The notes beneath the pieces are model-generated. The model made no database searches and had not been told where the DNA came from. It saw only the letters and a program-made list of their open reading frames with translations. Positions 34,860-46,471 of a DNA stretch of 47,070 bases are shown here, one piece after another. The stretch spans positions 100,430,346 through 100,477,415 of the forward strand of contig NC_068981.1 of NCBI RefSeq assembly GCF_001194135.2. Reading direction: 5' to 3'. This stretch comes from Octopus bimaculoides (Eukaryota). How positions within the stretch are numbered: position 1 is the stretch's first letter; each line of letters starts with the position of its first letter. The position numbers were made by a program, and so were the translations under genes.

Positions 34860-35743
34860 TGAGGTGATATCAAAAAGTTCCCGGACTAGTTATGTTTAAT
34901 AGAAAATAACTTATTTACCTAAGTTTTAATATCATCTTCTTTGAAATAGCCATCTTGCACAACAATACTGCCACTTTCAAATCCAGCCTGGAAGTTGTTT
35001 TCTGGAAGCAAATTGAGTATCTTCTGCAATTTGCTCAGGATCTTGACAACAGTTAAAACAGCGACTTTTGAGCTACATTTTCATCTTGGGGAAGAGAAGA
35101 AAGTTCACAGGTGCTTAATATGGTAAATAAGGTGATTGCAGAAGAAATACCATGTTGCTTTTTGGTGAGAAACTCATGAGTGAGGAGAGCTTGGTGACAG
35201 GGTGCATTGTCATCATGAAGAATCCAATTCTTTGTGCTCCACAGATCCAGTCACTTTCACCAAATGTCCTCCCACAAATGCTTCAAATTGTTGTTGATTG
35301 TTCTCCAACAATCTTCATGCACAAGCTAGTGAATTTTGTCCACATTTCTGAAGAGTGATGCTCATGGCAGATCTTTCAGATTGTTCATTGTCTTCCAGGA
35401 TGCTATTCTATTTTTGAAGCACTCATGCCACTCAAAACATATGCCTCATTGCTATAAGCATGCCAAAGCATGCTCAATGTCTCCACAAGTGACTTCCCAA
35501 GTTTAATGCAAAATTTCATGCTGGTTCTTGGTTCCTCCTTTCTATCCATGCAAAAATCACAGGCTGCAGCATACACATGATCGCAAAAACACAAATTTCA
35601 CAACTTACAAAGTAAACATAGTGATGTCACTTGATACACTGCCTCATAAGGGTCACTGCTAGCTTTGATTGTGCATGCAACCATGTGCTGCCATCTGATA
35701 GTGCACTACAGAACAGGTCCAGGAACTTTTCCATACCACTTTG
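34860..35743 (-). mobile_element. Non-autonomous mariner deletion derivative, both TIRs present
   Basis: TA|tgaggtgatatcaaaaagttcccggactag ... ggtccaggaacttttccataccactttg|TA; remnants MDRKEEPRTSMKFCIKLGK and WILHDDNAP. Confidence 0.9.
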
Positions 35744-36249
35744 TATAATTTTCAAAACCACATCCTAAAGACTTGGCATCTTATTCAGGGCCAGAAGATA
35801 GTTCAGCTTTAATCAATTGTTCGTCCTCTATAAAGACTGTAACATCACTTTAGAGTCAACAAAATAGCTTCTATGTAGTTATTTGTCCTGCTAGAAACAG
35901 CAGCCAAATTTCTTTCAATTCACACTTTACAGTGAGAACGTCAGATAATGCAGTTCAGGATACACAATGCCTTAAAAAAATGGGATAGTCATTCAGATAT
36001 GATCTGGTATTAAATAACCACTGCTCCCATATCTAGATCAGTACTATTTCTACACACACAAACCTGGTAGGCTGCATCTAAAAGACAGCCATTTGGTTAA
36101 TTGGCAAAAATTCACTAATCAACACAATACAACTATTTGCCCAGAAACATGTTTTTTTCTGCTACTATTCCTTTGAAATATTATTACCGCCTCCACTTGA
36201 GCTTATCTGACATAATTGAACTGTCACTTCTTCTCATCATCTCTAAAGT

Positions 36250-36700
36250 GTCTCACTCCATAGATCCAACATAAATACTTTGACTTATCCTTTCTCCCCA
36301 AAATTGCAACCCTCTGGAATTTTTTCACCCACATTTTTTTCTTCAGACAATGTATAGAATTTCAAACTGAACATCAACCACATTGATGTCATTGACCTTG
36401 GAGGGCATGCAAAGATTATGGGAATGGTCTCTTCTCTTCCTCCTGACTCATAAGAAAGAAATACTAAGTGAACCAAATCAGCTCTCCTGGAAATATTACT
36501 ACCATTATACTAATGGCTTTTGCAATTAACACTAGAAACTTACAAGTGCCATGCAGATGATCATAAACAACCATGAACTTTATCTTCTTCAGTGTCTTTC
36601 AGCTCTTCTCAGTAACTCACTCCACTGTAAAATTTCTGCACAACCAGATCTACTCAAAACTTGCTCTTTATGAGATGCAACAGTGATCTTAGAAGTTTTA
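36250..36700 (+). mobile_element. CR1/Jockey-like RT remnant
   Basis: AMQMIINNHELYLL..LLSNS..RSTQNLL parallels VME.IIN..LL.YL..LLSD.QYGFR..RST.DLL. Confidence 0.55.
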
Positions 36701-37819
36701 GTGTCATCTGATTTATTTCAAAATTCTGATATGTTTTTTAAAAGTAAAAGCTTCTTAGTATTATACTATTTTAGGTTAGTTTTATTGCATCTCCATTGAA
36801 TTCTATTTTCCTTGAACAAGAATAGTCTAAAATGTAGCCTGAACTAAGAATATGGCTCATTTCATTGTATGACTTTAAACACCTCACTTTCCCATGTGTA
36901 TCTTTAAATGTCTAAGTGTGTATTGTTCAACTTTCGTGTTTTAGTCTTTTATGTCTATTAATAACCCTTTCCTCAACCTATTATGACACCACAGATGACT
37001 TCATAATCATAGTGTATGATTAGTGTATGAAGAGGAATATACTAGATTACCTATGCTAGACTCACAGGTATAAGTTTAACAGCAAATGCTTAAAGAAATA
37101 CAGTGTCTCCATTGATTATAACTGGTACTTACTTACGCTCAGTAGGTTGTTAGGAATTAAGTGTCACCTTCACCACTTCTGTAAGGATAAAACTTTGTGC
37201 CTATAATAAGATCAAGAAGGTGACACATTGATTCTGGCAACTGCGTCTTCTCAGCTAGATAATCATGTAATGTTTAAAGAATTAGCAAGCAAAATAAGAT
37301 AAAGATAACAGAAATTAATCTCATGTGTTCATCAAGGTTAACAATAATTTTACCTTAGAAGTCAATCATGAGAAAAAAAAAATCCTTTAGACAAATACAA
37401 AGGATAATCACTTTTTATTGATAATTTCTTCTCTACTGACATGTTTATAACAGATATAGCACAAAATTAATATCTTCTTATTGTCAAAGATTAACATTAG
37501 TTGCACATTTGAATCAATCCTGTTCTTAGCGAAAGTTAATCCTAGCTTTAAACAAAGATAAATCGAAAAGATCACTGAATGCCAGAACAGAAAAATTATT
37601 ATAAAATGAGAATGGAAAAATTAGAAATTGATCTTCTGATTTTTATTATACTTATCTCCTATGTAGAACTGACTAGCTTAAAATTTAATTGCCATTTTAG
37701 TTGAGCAATGAAAGTCTCTAGGTTTATTACATTGGTCAAATATTTATTAGCACAGCTTTAGTTCTTTAGTTTAAACCAGGCTGAATCACTGCTTCATTTA
37801 CTGTATCTTGTTTTGTTTA

Positions 37820-37882
37820 GTGTTTATATTATATCTCTCAGTGTTTATATTATATCTCTCAGTGTTTACATTGTATCTCTCA
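37820..37882. repeat. 21-bp tandem repeat x3 (gtgtttatattatatctctca)
   Basis: Direct reading. Confidence 0.92.
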
Positions 37883-38127
37883 CCATATTGAAGTGTGTGT
37901 GCATGAGCACACAGTCATTGTTTAACCTCAAATCAACTCTCATCTAGCAAATCTATGATCAAAGGTAGTCTGGCCATGGCTTTCCCATCTTTCTGTACAT
38001 CAGAGACATTTTCTAATGTTTCTCCTTCTAGTTTTTAAGACATTATGATGTGATTTCAGGGAGATTTAGTTACTAATTCTAACAGGTTGAATTGCCATGT
38101 TCAGGCTCTCTCACTGATGTTTGCACA

Positions 38128-38200
38128 TGCGTGCATGCATGTGTGTGTGCATGCATGTGTGTGTGCATGCATGTGTGTGTGCATGCATGTGTGTGTGTGT
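38128..38200. repeat. (GCATGCATGTGTGT..)n alternating purine-pyrimidine minisatellite
   Basis: Direct reading. Confidence 0.9.
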
Positions 38201-38224
38201 CTCCATGTCTATGTATGTATGCTT

Positions 38225-38400
38225 CTAATTGATGTCTCAATGAGTTTCTATAGACTGCATTACACTGATTGCAACTTGGTCTGGACAAATAATATTTAAA
38301 ACCTTCTTTAGGAGCCTTCACTATGTTGCTGACTTCTGGAAAAGAATTATAAAAACTAAGGTCCCTTAGAAAACAAAATTGCTGTGATATATTATTTTCA
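38225..38400 (-). mobile_element. Possible LINE ORF2 extreme C-terminal remnant
   Basis: YNSFPEVSNIVKAPKEGFKYYLSRP..NSLRHQ resembles FN.LP..........FK..LD.FL....NSL.HQ termini. Confidence 0.35.
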
Positions 38401-39975
38401 TTTGAAAACAATTCATTTTCAGCTATCATCATTACATCATGTTTCTATGACCCTTTCTTCTCTTCATTCCAGATTACCAAGATGTAAATAAGTATCTAAA
38501 GATACAGGTCATCATTTTCTTAATCAAGGCACAAATCCACAAACTTGTATAGGGGAAAATAGGTAGTGAGAATTGCTAATTCAAAGGCTCTTGAGATGCA
38601 GGTTATTAGTGTAGGATTTACCTGTAGTTTTAGCTGGCTCGAAACTAGAGCCTCAAAATCTAAAGGACTCCAACCAAAATGTATATTTTTAACAGTTATA
38701 GTCTTTCAGGGAGGATGCTTCACAAGTGGTATAGTCTAGACTTTCTCTTTCTCTGAATCTGGTATTGAGTAGTATGTGTGTGTGTGCATGTGCATACGTC
38801 TCAGGTAGATGACCTCTGTCAATGTTTAACTGTTTCAGACAGCTGAATCAATCTAACTGGATAGATAAACAAAATTATATTTCTAGAGAGATTTTAAACA
38901 AGTAATCAATAACATTCAGCAACTTCAGATATTCTAATGAATTGTGCTGAGTGAAGTTGAGAAGAACATGAGAAGAAGAAAAAACTTTAGTTCATTTCAA
39001 ATACCGATAGTTCAACTAGATCATATATTCTTGTGATTACTACTGTTGTTTAACCTGAGGTTAACTGATTGAGCAAGCCTATGATCTAAGGCATTCAAAT
39101 GGAGATTATCCATTTTTTCCCAGGCATAATATATCTAGGACTACATTATTCTATGTATTAGCTCTGGCTGAGCAGCAGACCTATGATGAAAAATATTCAA
39201 GCTAAAACTTCCTTTTTTTTTTTTTGCAGGCACAATGTATCTATGACCACATTATTCAATAAATTGTTCCTTTTATAGGACGTGCTTTGAAGTTAAGTTC
39301 TAGCAAGTCATGTGATCATACAGAGACTTCTTCTTTTGCTTAATCATTAGTATTGTTTTATTCCTTTATTCATTTACCAGCTTCAATTATTAACCTATGA
39401 CCATACTGAGGCATCACATTCATGGTGCTTTTGAAGTCAAATTTGTCAATCAACCCCAATGGTTACTTCAGTGTGACCCTTATTTTATTAATCCATATGT
39501 ATCAAATGACTATGACTTCTACAACATCAGTTCTGTACCAAGACACAGACACAGATATGGACATAGTCATACATATAATTTCTGCCTACTAAATTATACC
39601 CACAAGGCACTGGACAAACGAAGTCATATGCCCAAAATGCTATATGATGTGGTTCTCAAGTGATCTCAACCACATGGCCATGTCTATGCATGTTTTTATT
39701 TTTAGAAAGTATAGGAAGATGGGTATTATCTCACATGAGCTCTTAGTACAAGTAACATTGGAATGGTTATTATGTAGCCTCGAGAATGAAGGGTTACTAT
39801 TTCATATAAAACATGACACAGGATGAACAAGTTTTCTGGTGATCTCAGTCTGAAAACACAGGCTTAATTTGCAGTGGAGCCATTTCATTTGAGTTACTCC
39901 TTGTCCTTGTTTCTAGAATTTCCACTTATAGTCAGTAGCATTGAGAGGAATAAACAGATTGTCTTATATCTGACA

Positions 39976-40339
39976 GTGGAGGCCCAATGGCCCAGTGGTT
40001 AGGGCAGCGGACTCGCGGTCATAGGATCATGGTGAGTGTTTATTGAGTGAAAACACCTAATGCTCCATGAGGCTCCAGCAGGGGATGGTGGTGAACCCTG
40101 CTGTACTCTTTCACCACAACTTTCTCTCAACTCTTACTTCCTGTTTCTGTTGTGCCTGCAATTCGAAGGGTCAGCCTTGTCACACTGTGTCACGCTGAAT
40201 ATCCCCGAGAACTACATTAAGGGTACACGTGTCTGTGGAGTGCTCAGCCACTTGCACGTTAATTTCACGAGCAAGCTGTTTCGTTGATCGGATCAACTGG
40301 AACCCTCGATGTCGTAAGCGAAGGAGTGCCAACAACAAC
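39976..40339 (+). mobile_element. SINE family C
   Basis: 10-bp TSD atatctgaca at 39966-39975 and 40340-40349; homologous to 1512-1856. Confidence 0.92.
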
Positions 40340-41245
40340 ATATCTGACACATGACGTAGTTATTTGCTGTGAACTGCTGGGTCAATCCTGATCAAGCAAA
40401 TGTATGATCAAAAGCATTCCAGTTATGAACATCTTATCTTCTTAGGGGTATGTAGAACTACATTATCTAATGAATCCTTCCCTAAGGTCGATTTTCCCCA
40501 AAGCATGTAAGCTAACTTTGAGAGATTAATTCTTAATTTCTTGAAATTACTTAAACTGTTCTTTGAGAGTTGCTAACAATTGCCACTAGGAAAATTTCAA
40601 TTAAGAAATTTTGTGTATGGCATTCAGTACAACACTCCTTAAATTATTTATCTAAATTTATGCCCTAAACACATTTGAGTTATTTCTCTTAAATTTTTTT
40701 TTTGATTATGTAACTTATACTGGCCAAAAATTATTTGTAACTTTTGTTTTTCTATATATAAAAGTCTTTGTCAAAAAACCAAGCAGAGATGATTAGAATA
40801 TTCTATACTTATGAGGTCTAATAGACTGAAATGTGTCTTTTATACAAACAAAAATCAGTCTTTCCTTCCCTTAAAAATGTAATTCTTATTTTTTCAAATT
40901 ATCTCCTTTTTTCTCTAACAGTTACTAACAGTTGCAGCTGGGCTTTTGTTTTCTTTCTCCAGTTAAGAGGGAACTTTGAGATAATTAATAAACTTCTTGT
41001 GTACAGCATTAAGGACATCACCCTTTGACTAATTTCAGATGGTAGGATGCAATTTGAGGAACGTGTGACTACTATTTCATGCAAATCAAGCAATTGTTTA
41101 AAGGTTTCTTTCTTTGCCTTCTGTGATGGCTCAACATCATTAAAAAATTATTTTTATTATTTGTTTTCAGGTTGTGAAGTTGCAGAACATTTGACTTTTC
41201 AAAAAAGAGAATGAAATTCTTCATTTAAGCATTCCNNNNNNNNNN

Positions 41246-41578
41246 TGGGCAAGTGTCTTCTACTATAGCCTCGGGCCAACTAAAGCCTTGTTAGTCGATT
41301 TGGTAGACAGAAACTGAAAGAAGCCGTCGTATATATGTATATATATGTATGCGTGTGTATATGTTTGTGTGTGTGTGTTTGTCCCCCCAGCATCGCTTGA
41401 CAACTGATGGTGGTGTGTTTACGTCCCCGTAAATTAGCAGTTCAGCAAAAGAGACTGATAGAATAAGTACCAGGCTTCCAAAGAATAAGTCCTGGGGTCG
41501 ATTTACTCGACTAAAAGGCGGTGCTCCAGCATGGCTGCAGTCAAATGACTGAAACAAGTAAAAGATAAAAGAGATAAA

Positions 41579-41582
<4 letters not shown>
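41246..41582 (+). mobile_element. SINE family A, young (head runs into a gap)
   Basis: CpG-rich, full tail aagtaaaagataaaagagataaaag. Confidence 0.9.
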
Positions 41583-41618
<36 letters not shown>

Positions 41619-41629
41619 CATACAATATA

Positions 41630-41843
41630 GGTAGACACAGGCACAGCTGTGTGGTTAAGAAGTTCACTTCTCAACCATGTCACTTTAGGTCTATTCTCAC
41701 TGCATGGCCCCTTGGACAGGTGTTTTCTACTATAGTCTTGGATCAACCAAAGCTGTGTGAGGGAATCGGGTATTTGCAAACTGAAGTCCATTGTACATAT
41801 ATGTGCATGCACATGTGTGTGTGTGTGTGTGTGTGTGTGCGTG

Positions 41844-41884
<41 letters not shown>

Positions 41885-41950
41885 GTGTGTTTGTATCTGT
41901 GAGAAGTGCGTGTGTGTATCTGTGAGAAGTGCGTGTGTGTATCTGTGAGA
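41630..41950 (+). mobile_element. SINE family A head, long (TG)n and a 23-bp tandem repeat x3
   Basis: cacagctgtgtggttaagaagttcacttctcaaccatg..; (gtatctgtgagaagtgcgtgtgt)n at 41892-41950. Confidence 0.75.
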
Positions 41951-42214
41951 ATATTTAAAATCTACACTGAGGTACGTTGATATCATAGTTTAAATCTGAA
42001 CTGCAACCAGTTACTGTGACATCTATTGACATTTCCTGTCAATAAATCACTTGTTTGCTATGCACTTTTGAATTCTTTTGCAGTAAGACATTCCTTACAT
42101 GAAAAACAGATAAGTGTTGGTAGCAGGGAGACCATAATAATCTTGCCTCAAGTACCTCTTCCTTGTAAGTCATGCTAGCAAGGAAAAAAAGATTTTAAAT
42201 GAACTTATGAATAG

Positions 42215-42395
42215 GTGCAGATATGGCTGTGTAGTTAAGAAACTCACTATGCAATCACCTGGTTTCAAAGGTCCAGTGCACTGCATGACGCCATGGATTT
42301 TTCTCGTTTTTCCTACTATAACCTTGCACCAGTGCATGTGTATATATGCTTTTTTGTGTTTATCTCCTTAACCAACTGACTGACAACCAGTGTTG
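42215..42395 (+). mobile_element. SINE family A, degenerate
   Basis: ggtgcagatatggctgtgtagttaagaaactcactatgcaatcacc. Confidence 0.6.
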
Positions 42396-42548
42396 GTTTA
42401 TTTACATTATTTACATTTGATGGATATTTGTCCTCATCTTGTTTGTCGTTAACACAAAGTTTTGGCTGATATACTCTCCAGCCTTCATCAGGTGTCTTGG
42501 GGAAATTTCGAACCTGGGTACTCATTCCTAAGGTATTTTTCGATGTTA

Positions 42549-42583
<35 letters not shown>

Positions 42584-42622
42584 TTCACTGCCTGGAATCG
42601 AACTCAGACTCTTGGGGCTAGA
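42395..42622 (-). mobile_element. Short element: truncated tRNA-like head, (AAT)n, hammerhead motif, aatgtaaat tail
   Basis: Minus strand: ctagccccaagagtctgaGTTCGATTCCaggcagtgaactg-(aat)n-..-hammerhead-..-aaatgtaaataatgtaaataa. Confidence 0.65.
42451..42496 (-). ncRNA. Type I minimal hammerhead ribozyme motif, mutated (probably inactive copy)
   Basis: gacac CTGATGA a ggctg gagagtatat cagcc AAAA c ttt gtgtt: stem I gacac/gtgtt, stem II ggctg/cagcc; GAAA reads AAAA (42463) and the expected CGTT reads CTTT (42458). Confidence 0.65.
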
Positions 42623-42805
42623 ATCCATGCTAGAGCACCACCTTAAGGGATTTTAGTCAAACAAATCAACCCCAGGACTTATTTCTTAAGAACCTAGTAT
42701 TTATCCTATTCATCTCTTTTCCTGAACCATTAAGTTACAGGGAGGTAAACATACCAACACCAGTTGTCAAGTGGTGATGGGGAGACAAACACACACACAC
42801 ATACA

Positions 42806-42858
<53 letters not shown>

Positions 42859-43010
42859 TCATATATACAACAGGCTTTTTTCAGTTTCCGTCTACCAAAT
42901 CCACTCACAAGGCTTCGATCAGCCAGGGGCTATAGTAGAAGACACTTGCCAAAGGTATCACACAGTGAGACTGAACTCAGAACCATGTGACTGGGAAGCA
43001 AGCTATGCCT
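42623..43010 (-). mobile_element. SINE family A (3' end truncated against the hammerhead element); a plus-strand tail fragment follows at 43010-43135
   Basis: Family A homology with a long (CA)n. Confidence 0.85.
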
Positions 43011-43899
43011 GAATAAGTGCCAGGCTTAAGTATAAGTGCTAGAGTCAATTTGTTCAATTAAACCCTTCAAGGCAATGCCCAAGGATAACTGCAGCCCAAT
43101 GAAGGAAGCAAGTAAAAGATAAAAGAATAAACAAACGTAAATAAGCAAAATATTTATTTTTGAACATTGAAGAGTGACATAGAATTGATAAATGCAATAG
43201 TTCTGAGCAAGCAAATTTGTAAAATAAGAGTTAACTGTGGTAATAGTTTAAAAAAAAAGTCAAGTAAAACTCCATACTTTGGTGAAACAACTTGTACAGT
43301 TTACCAGTAGGTGATCAGTAAAGAATAAATGGATTTCATGACAGCAGAAAAGGACCTAAAGTTTTATGTGAAATGAATACACTTCACACTGATGGAACAG
43401 GTTGTGCAACAATGTCTACACGAATCTATATAATGATTTATATTCACATCAATTCTTTTGCTTTTAATGAAGTGTATTATAAGAATCTTTTGAAAGCCTT
43501 GAGCCATCTTTTATATTAGATTATTTGTTTGGCATAGTTCACTTCTTATCTAAAATCTTACTTAATTGTGTATTATATGAACAATTGAATATAACATGTG
43601 AACTCCAGAAGATGAAATTGGGTTAGTTTTTCATTTTTCATGTACGTCTTATATGGTTTTAGTTACACTATCCTGAATCTTACAAGTCTTATTTTCTAAT
43701 ACTCATAGCTGTATGGTTAAGAAGCTTGTAACCACATGGCTTCAAATTCAGTCGCGTTGTACAACACCTTGGGTAAGTGACTGCTACAATAGCCCTAGGC
43801 TGACCAATGCCAATGTGGTTGACAAATAGTGTGAAAGCTGGTCACGATTTGCTGTGCTTGAGAAGACCCATCTATAACAGGAAATATGAGGACCTAAAA

Positions 43900-44526
43900 C
43901 ATTTTGCCTATACTTATACATGCTGGGCGTTGTCCTTACATCCATACTGACCCAACAAGCATTCCCAACATCTCATCAACTTGCCCACCCACTTTCCCCA
44001 ACAACCATCTCTTCTTGATACATATTACATCCCCTAACTCCTTGCACTACCAGTTACGCCTGCCTTCCTCCATTACCCCCATTTCCATTCCTCATTCTCA
44101 TTACCATCCCTTCTATGAGTCTCCATCTATTCCCCCTACCTTGCATATCAGCTATCATTCCCATTCCTTCTCATGTCTAGCATAACACCCACTCACAATA
44201 GCTACTCCTTGTGTGTCTCTAAATCCCACCAATGCCTCTCCTATGCTGTGTCCATCATCTACTCTACCCTATGAACTATCATCCCTGAGCAACACCTATC
44301 TTTCTCATCTTACCCCTCTGTCTCATGAACCACTGTCCATATCATCCCTTTTTGAGAAAAAGGCACCCAGTATACACTGTAAAGTGGTTGGCATTACAAA
44401 GGACATCCAGCCATAGAAACCATGCCAAAGCTGTCATAAAGCATGATGCAGCCCTGTGACTTACTAGATCCTTTTAAACTGTCCAAACAATAGTATGGAA
44501 AATGAATGTTAAAGGATGATGATGAT
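43900..44526 (+). mobile_element. CT-rich body with RTE-type 3' tail
   Basis: aaaggcacccagtatacactgtaaagtggttggcattacaaaggacatccagcc..ggaaaatgaatgttaaaggatgatgatg. Confidence 0.6.
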
Positions 44527-44689
44527 AGGTGCAGACGTGGCTGTTTGGTAAGAAGCTTGCTTCCCAATCACAAGGTACTGAGTTCAGTCCCATTGCATGG
44601 CACCTTGAGCAAGTATCTTCTACTATAGCCTCAGGCCAACCAAAGCCTTGTGAGTGGATTTGGTAGGCAGAAACCAAAAAGAAACCCGT
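44527..44689 (+). mobile_element. SINE family A 5' half (split by the PLE)
   Basis: Head through ..gaaacccgt, exactly where the central microsatellite normally begins. Confidence 0.88.
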
Positions 44690-46471
44690 AGGTGCTGGGA
44701 AGTGGTCAGTGCAAGTGTGTGCACTGGTGTGGGTGCTGGGAAGTGGTCAGTGCTAGTGTATGAGGTGGTGCGATGTGGTGTGGTATGGTGGTGTATTGTT
44801 GTGTGGTGTGGTGTGATGTATTGGGTGTGGGGGAGGCAAGAATGGGGAAGCAAGGGTGGGNNNNNNNNNNNNNNNNNNNNNNNNNNNNNNNNNNNNNNNN
44901 NNNNNNNNNNNNNNNNNNNNNNNNNNNNNNNNNNNNNNNNNNNNNNNNNNNNNNNNNNNNNAGTATAGGGATGGCGGGGTTGGAATGTATAGGGGTGGGT
45001 GACGAGGGATGTGGTGATGATAAAGGGAGAGGGTGGAAAGGAGAAGACGGGTAGAAGTGAAAAGAGAAAGTAGGTGCCAGAGCATGAGAGAAGAGGTGGG
45101 TGGGAGGAAGTAGGTGTGAGAGGAAGAGAGGAGAAAGGAGGAGAGTTAGATGAGGTGGGGAGGGGAGTTGAGCCCATGTGGCGCAAAGGAGCGAAGGGAG
45201 AAGTTTAATCCCTGCTCACAGTGAAGACGGGAGGCCGGAGGGCTCCTGTGCAAGGGCAATCCGAACACAGACAGGTGTTGTAAAGAGTGACTGATTGAGC
45301 AGAAATGACGTGAGACCAGGGTGTCATTGCCGAGTCTGATGTCTTGGAGGTGTTCTGTGAACTGGTCAGCCAAGCAGCGTCCTGTTTGACCAATGTATAG
45401 AGAAGGATAGAGAGAGCAGGAGATGCAGTAGATGACGTTGCTAGAAGTGCAAGTGAAGGGGTCAGTGATATGATAGGGTTGATGATGGGTACCTGTGAGG
45501 AGGGAGGTGTTGGAGAGGTAAAGACAAGTGTGGCAGCATGGATGGGAGCAGGGGAAAAAGCCAGGTTGGGAGGTTGGGTTAGGGAAGAAGCTGTGGACCA
45601 AGAGGTCTCGTAGGTTGTGGGCTCATTTGAAGGAGGAGAGGGGTCGATTAGGGAAGATGTGCGAAGTGGAGGAGTAAGACTGGTGTCTCTGGAATGGTGC
45701 ATTGGAGGGGTAGGGTGGTGGGGTAGTAGGTAAGAGGAAACGGGAGACGGGTGACAGCAGGGTGGCTGTGGGGGAGAGAGCAGATGTACGGTCCACAGAA
45801 CATGCTCTGGCAAGGGTGGTGTGGATAGTGGTGAGCGGATATCCATGTAGGATGAAGTGGCGAGCCATGAGTTGAGACTAAGTCTCAAAGTCATGGTTGT
45901 TACTGCAGATCCTGCATAGACATAGGAATTGGGAATAGGGGATGGAGAGCTTGGTGTGTTTAGGGTGGGAGGAGAAGAAGTTTAGGTATGAGTGTGAGTC
46001 TGTGTGTTTGTAGTAGATGGAAGTGGTGAGAGTGGAGTAATGAATGCTGACTGAAATGTCGAGAAAAGCAACTGAGGTGTTGGAAATACTGCAGGAGAAG
46101 TGGAGGGCAGGATGGAATGATTTAACAAAAGAGAGGAAGGAGTCTAGATGTTCGCGGGAGAGTGAGGTCACACCAATACAGTCGTCAATATAACGATCAT
46201 ATAGTTCAAGAGTGGGACCAGTGAAACTTGAGAATATTTGGGCCTCAATGTAGCCAATGAACAGGTTCACATACTTGGGGCCCATTTTCGTTCTAATGGC
46301 CACTCCCGAGACCTGCTGGTAAAAATCACCCATAAACGAGGAGCAGTCAAGTGAGAGGATAAGTTCGGCCAGACGAAGGAGTGTGGATGTGTCAGGTTGG
46401 GGGCTGGGTCGAAGGTCAAGGAAATGTTGGAGTGCATGCAGCCCCTTGTAGTGAGGGATCACCGTGTATAG
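44690..46471 (-). mobile_element. Penelope-like element, 5'-truncated (RT + GIY-YIG endonuclease + CT-rich 3' region)
   Basis: LYTVIPH..GVAIRTKMGP..RYIDDC..FLDI..YYKHTD..YLNFFSSHP (PLE RT) and CTSSNVIYCISC..YIGQTGR..RHF..EQ..HGLN (GIY-YIG). Confidence 0.95.
45146..46471 (-). pseudogene. PLE RT-GIY-YIG polyprotein remnant
   Basis: ORFs 45878-46552, 45623-45868 and 45146-45601 are in one frame, separated by TAG (45878-45880) and TGA (45623-45625). Confidence 0.9.

Noticed and set aside
40920-41235. Cluster of strong plus-strand splice acceptors with a short open frame (DGRMQFEERV..GCEVAEHLTFQKRE)
   Set aside because: No convincing donor/acceptor pair giving a recognisable peptide; such sites are frequent in T-rich DNA. 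RNA-seq would be needed.
42316-42552. 78-aa ORF containing PDEG
   Set aside because: Chance translation across the hammerhead core (cct gat gaa ggc) and neighbouring SINE.
45205-45894. 229-aa alternative-frame ORF in the PLE
   Set aside because: C-rich, stop-poor shadow frame of the RT-GIY-YIG coding region; only a short stretch belongs to the true frame via the compensated frameshift.
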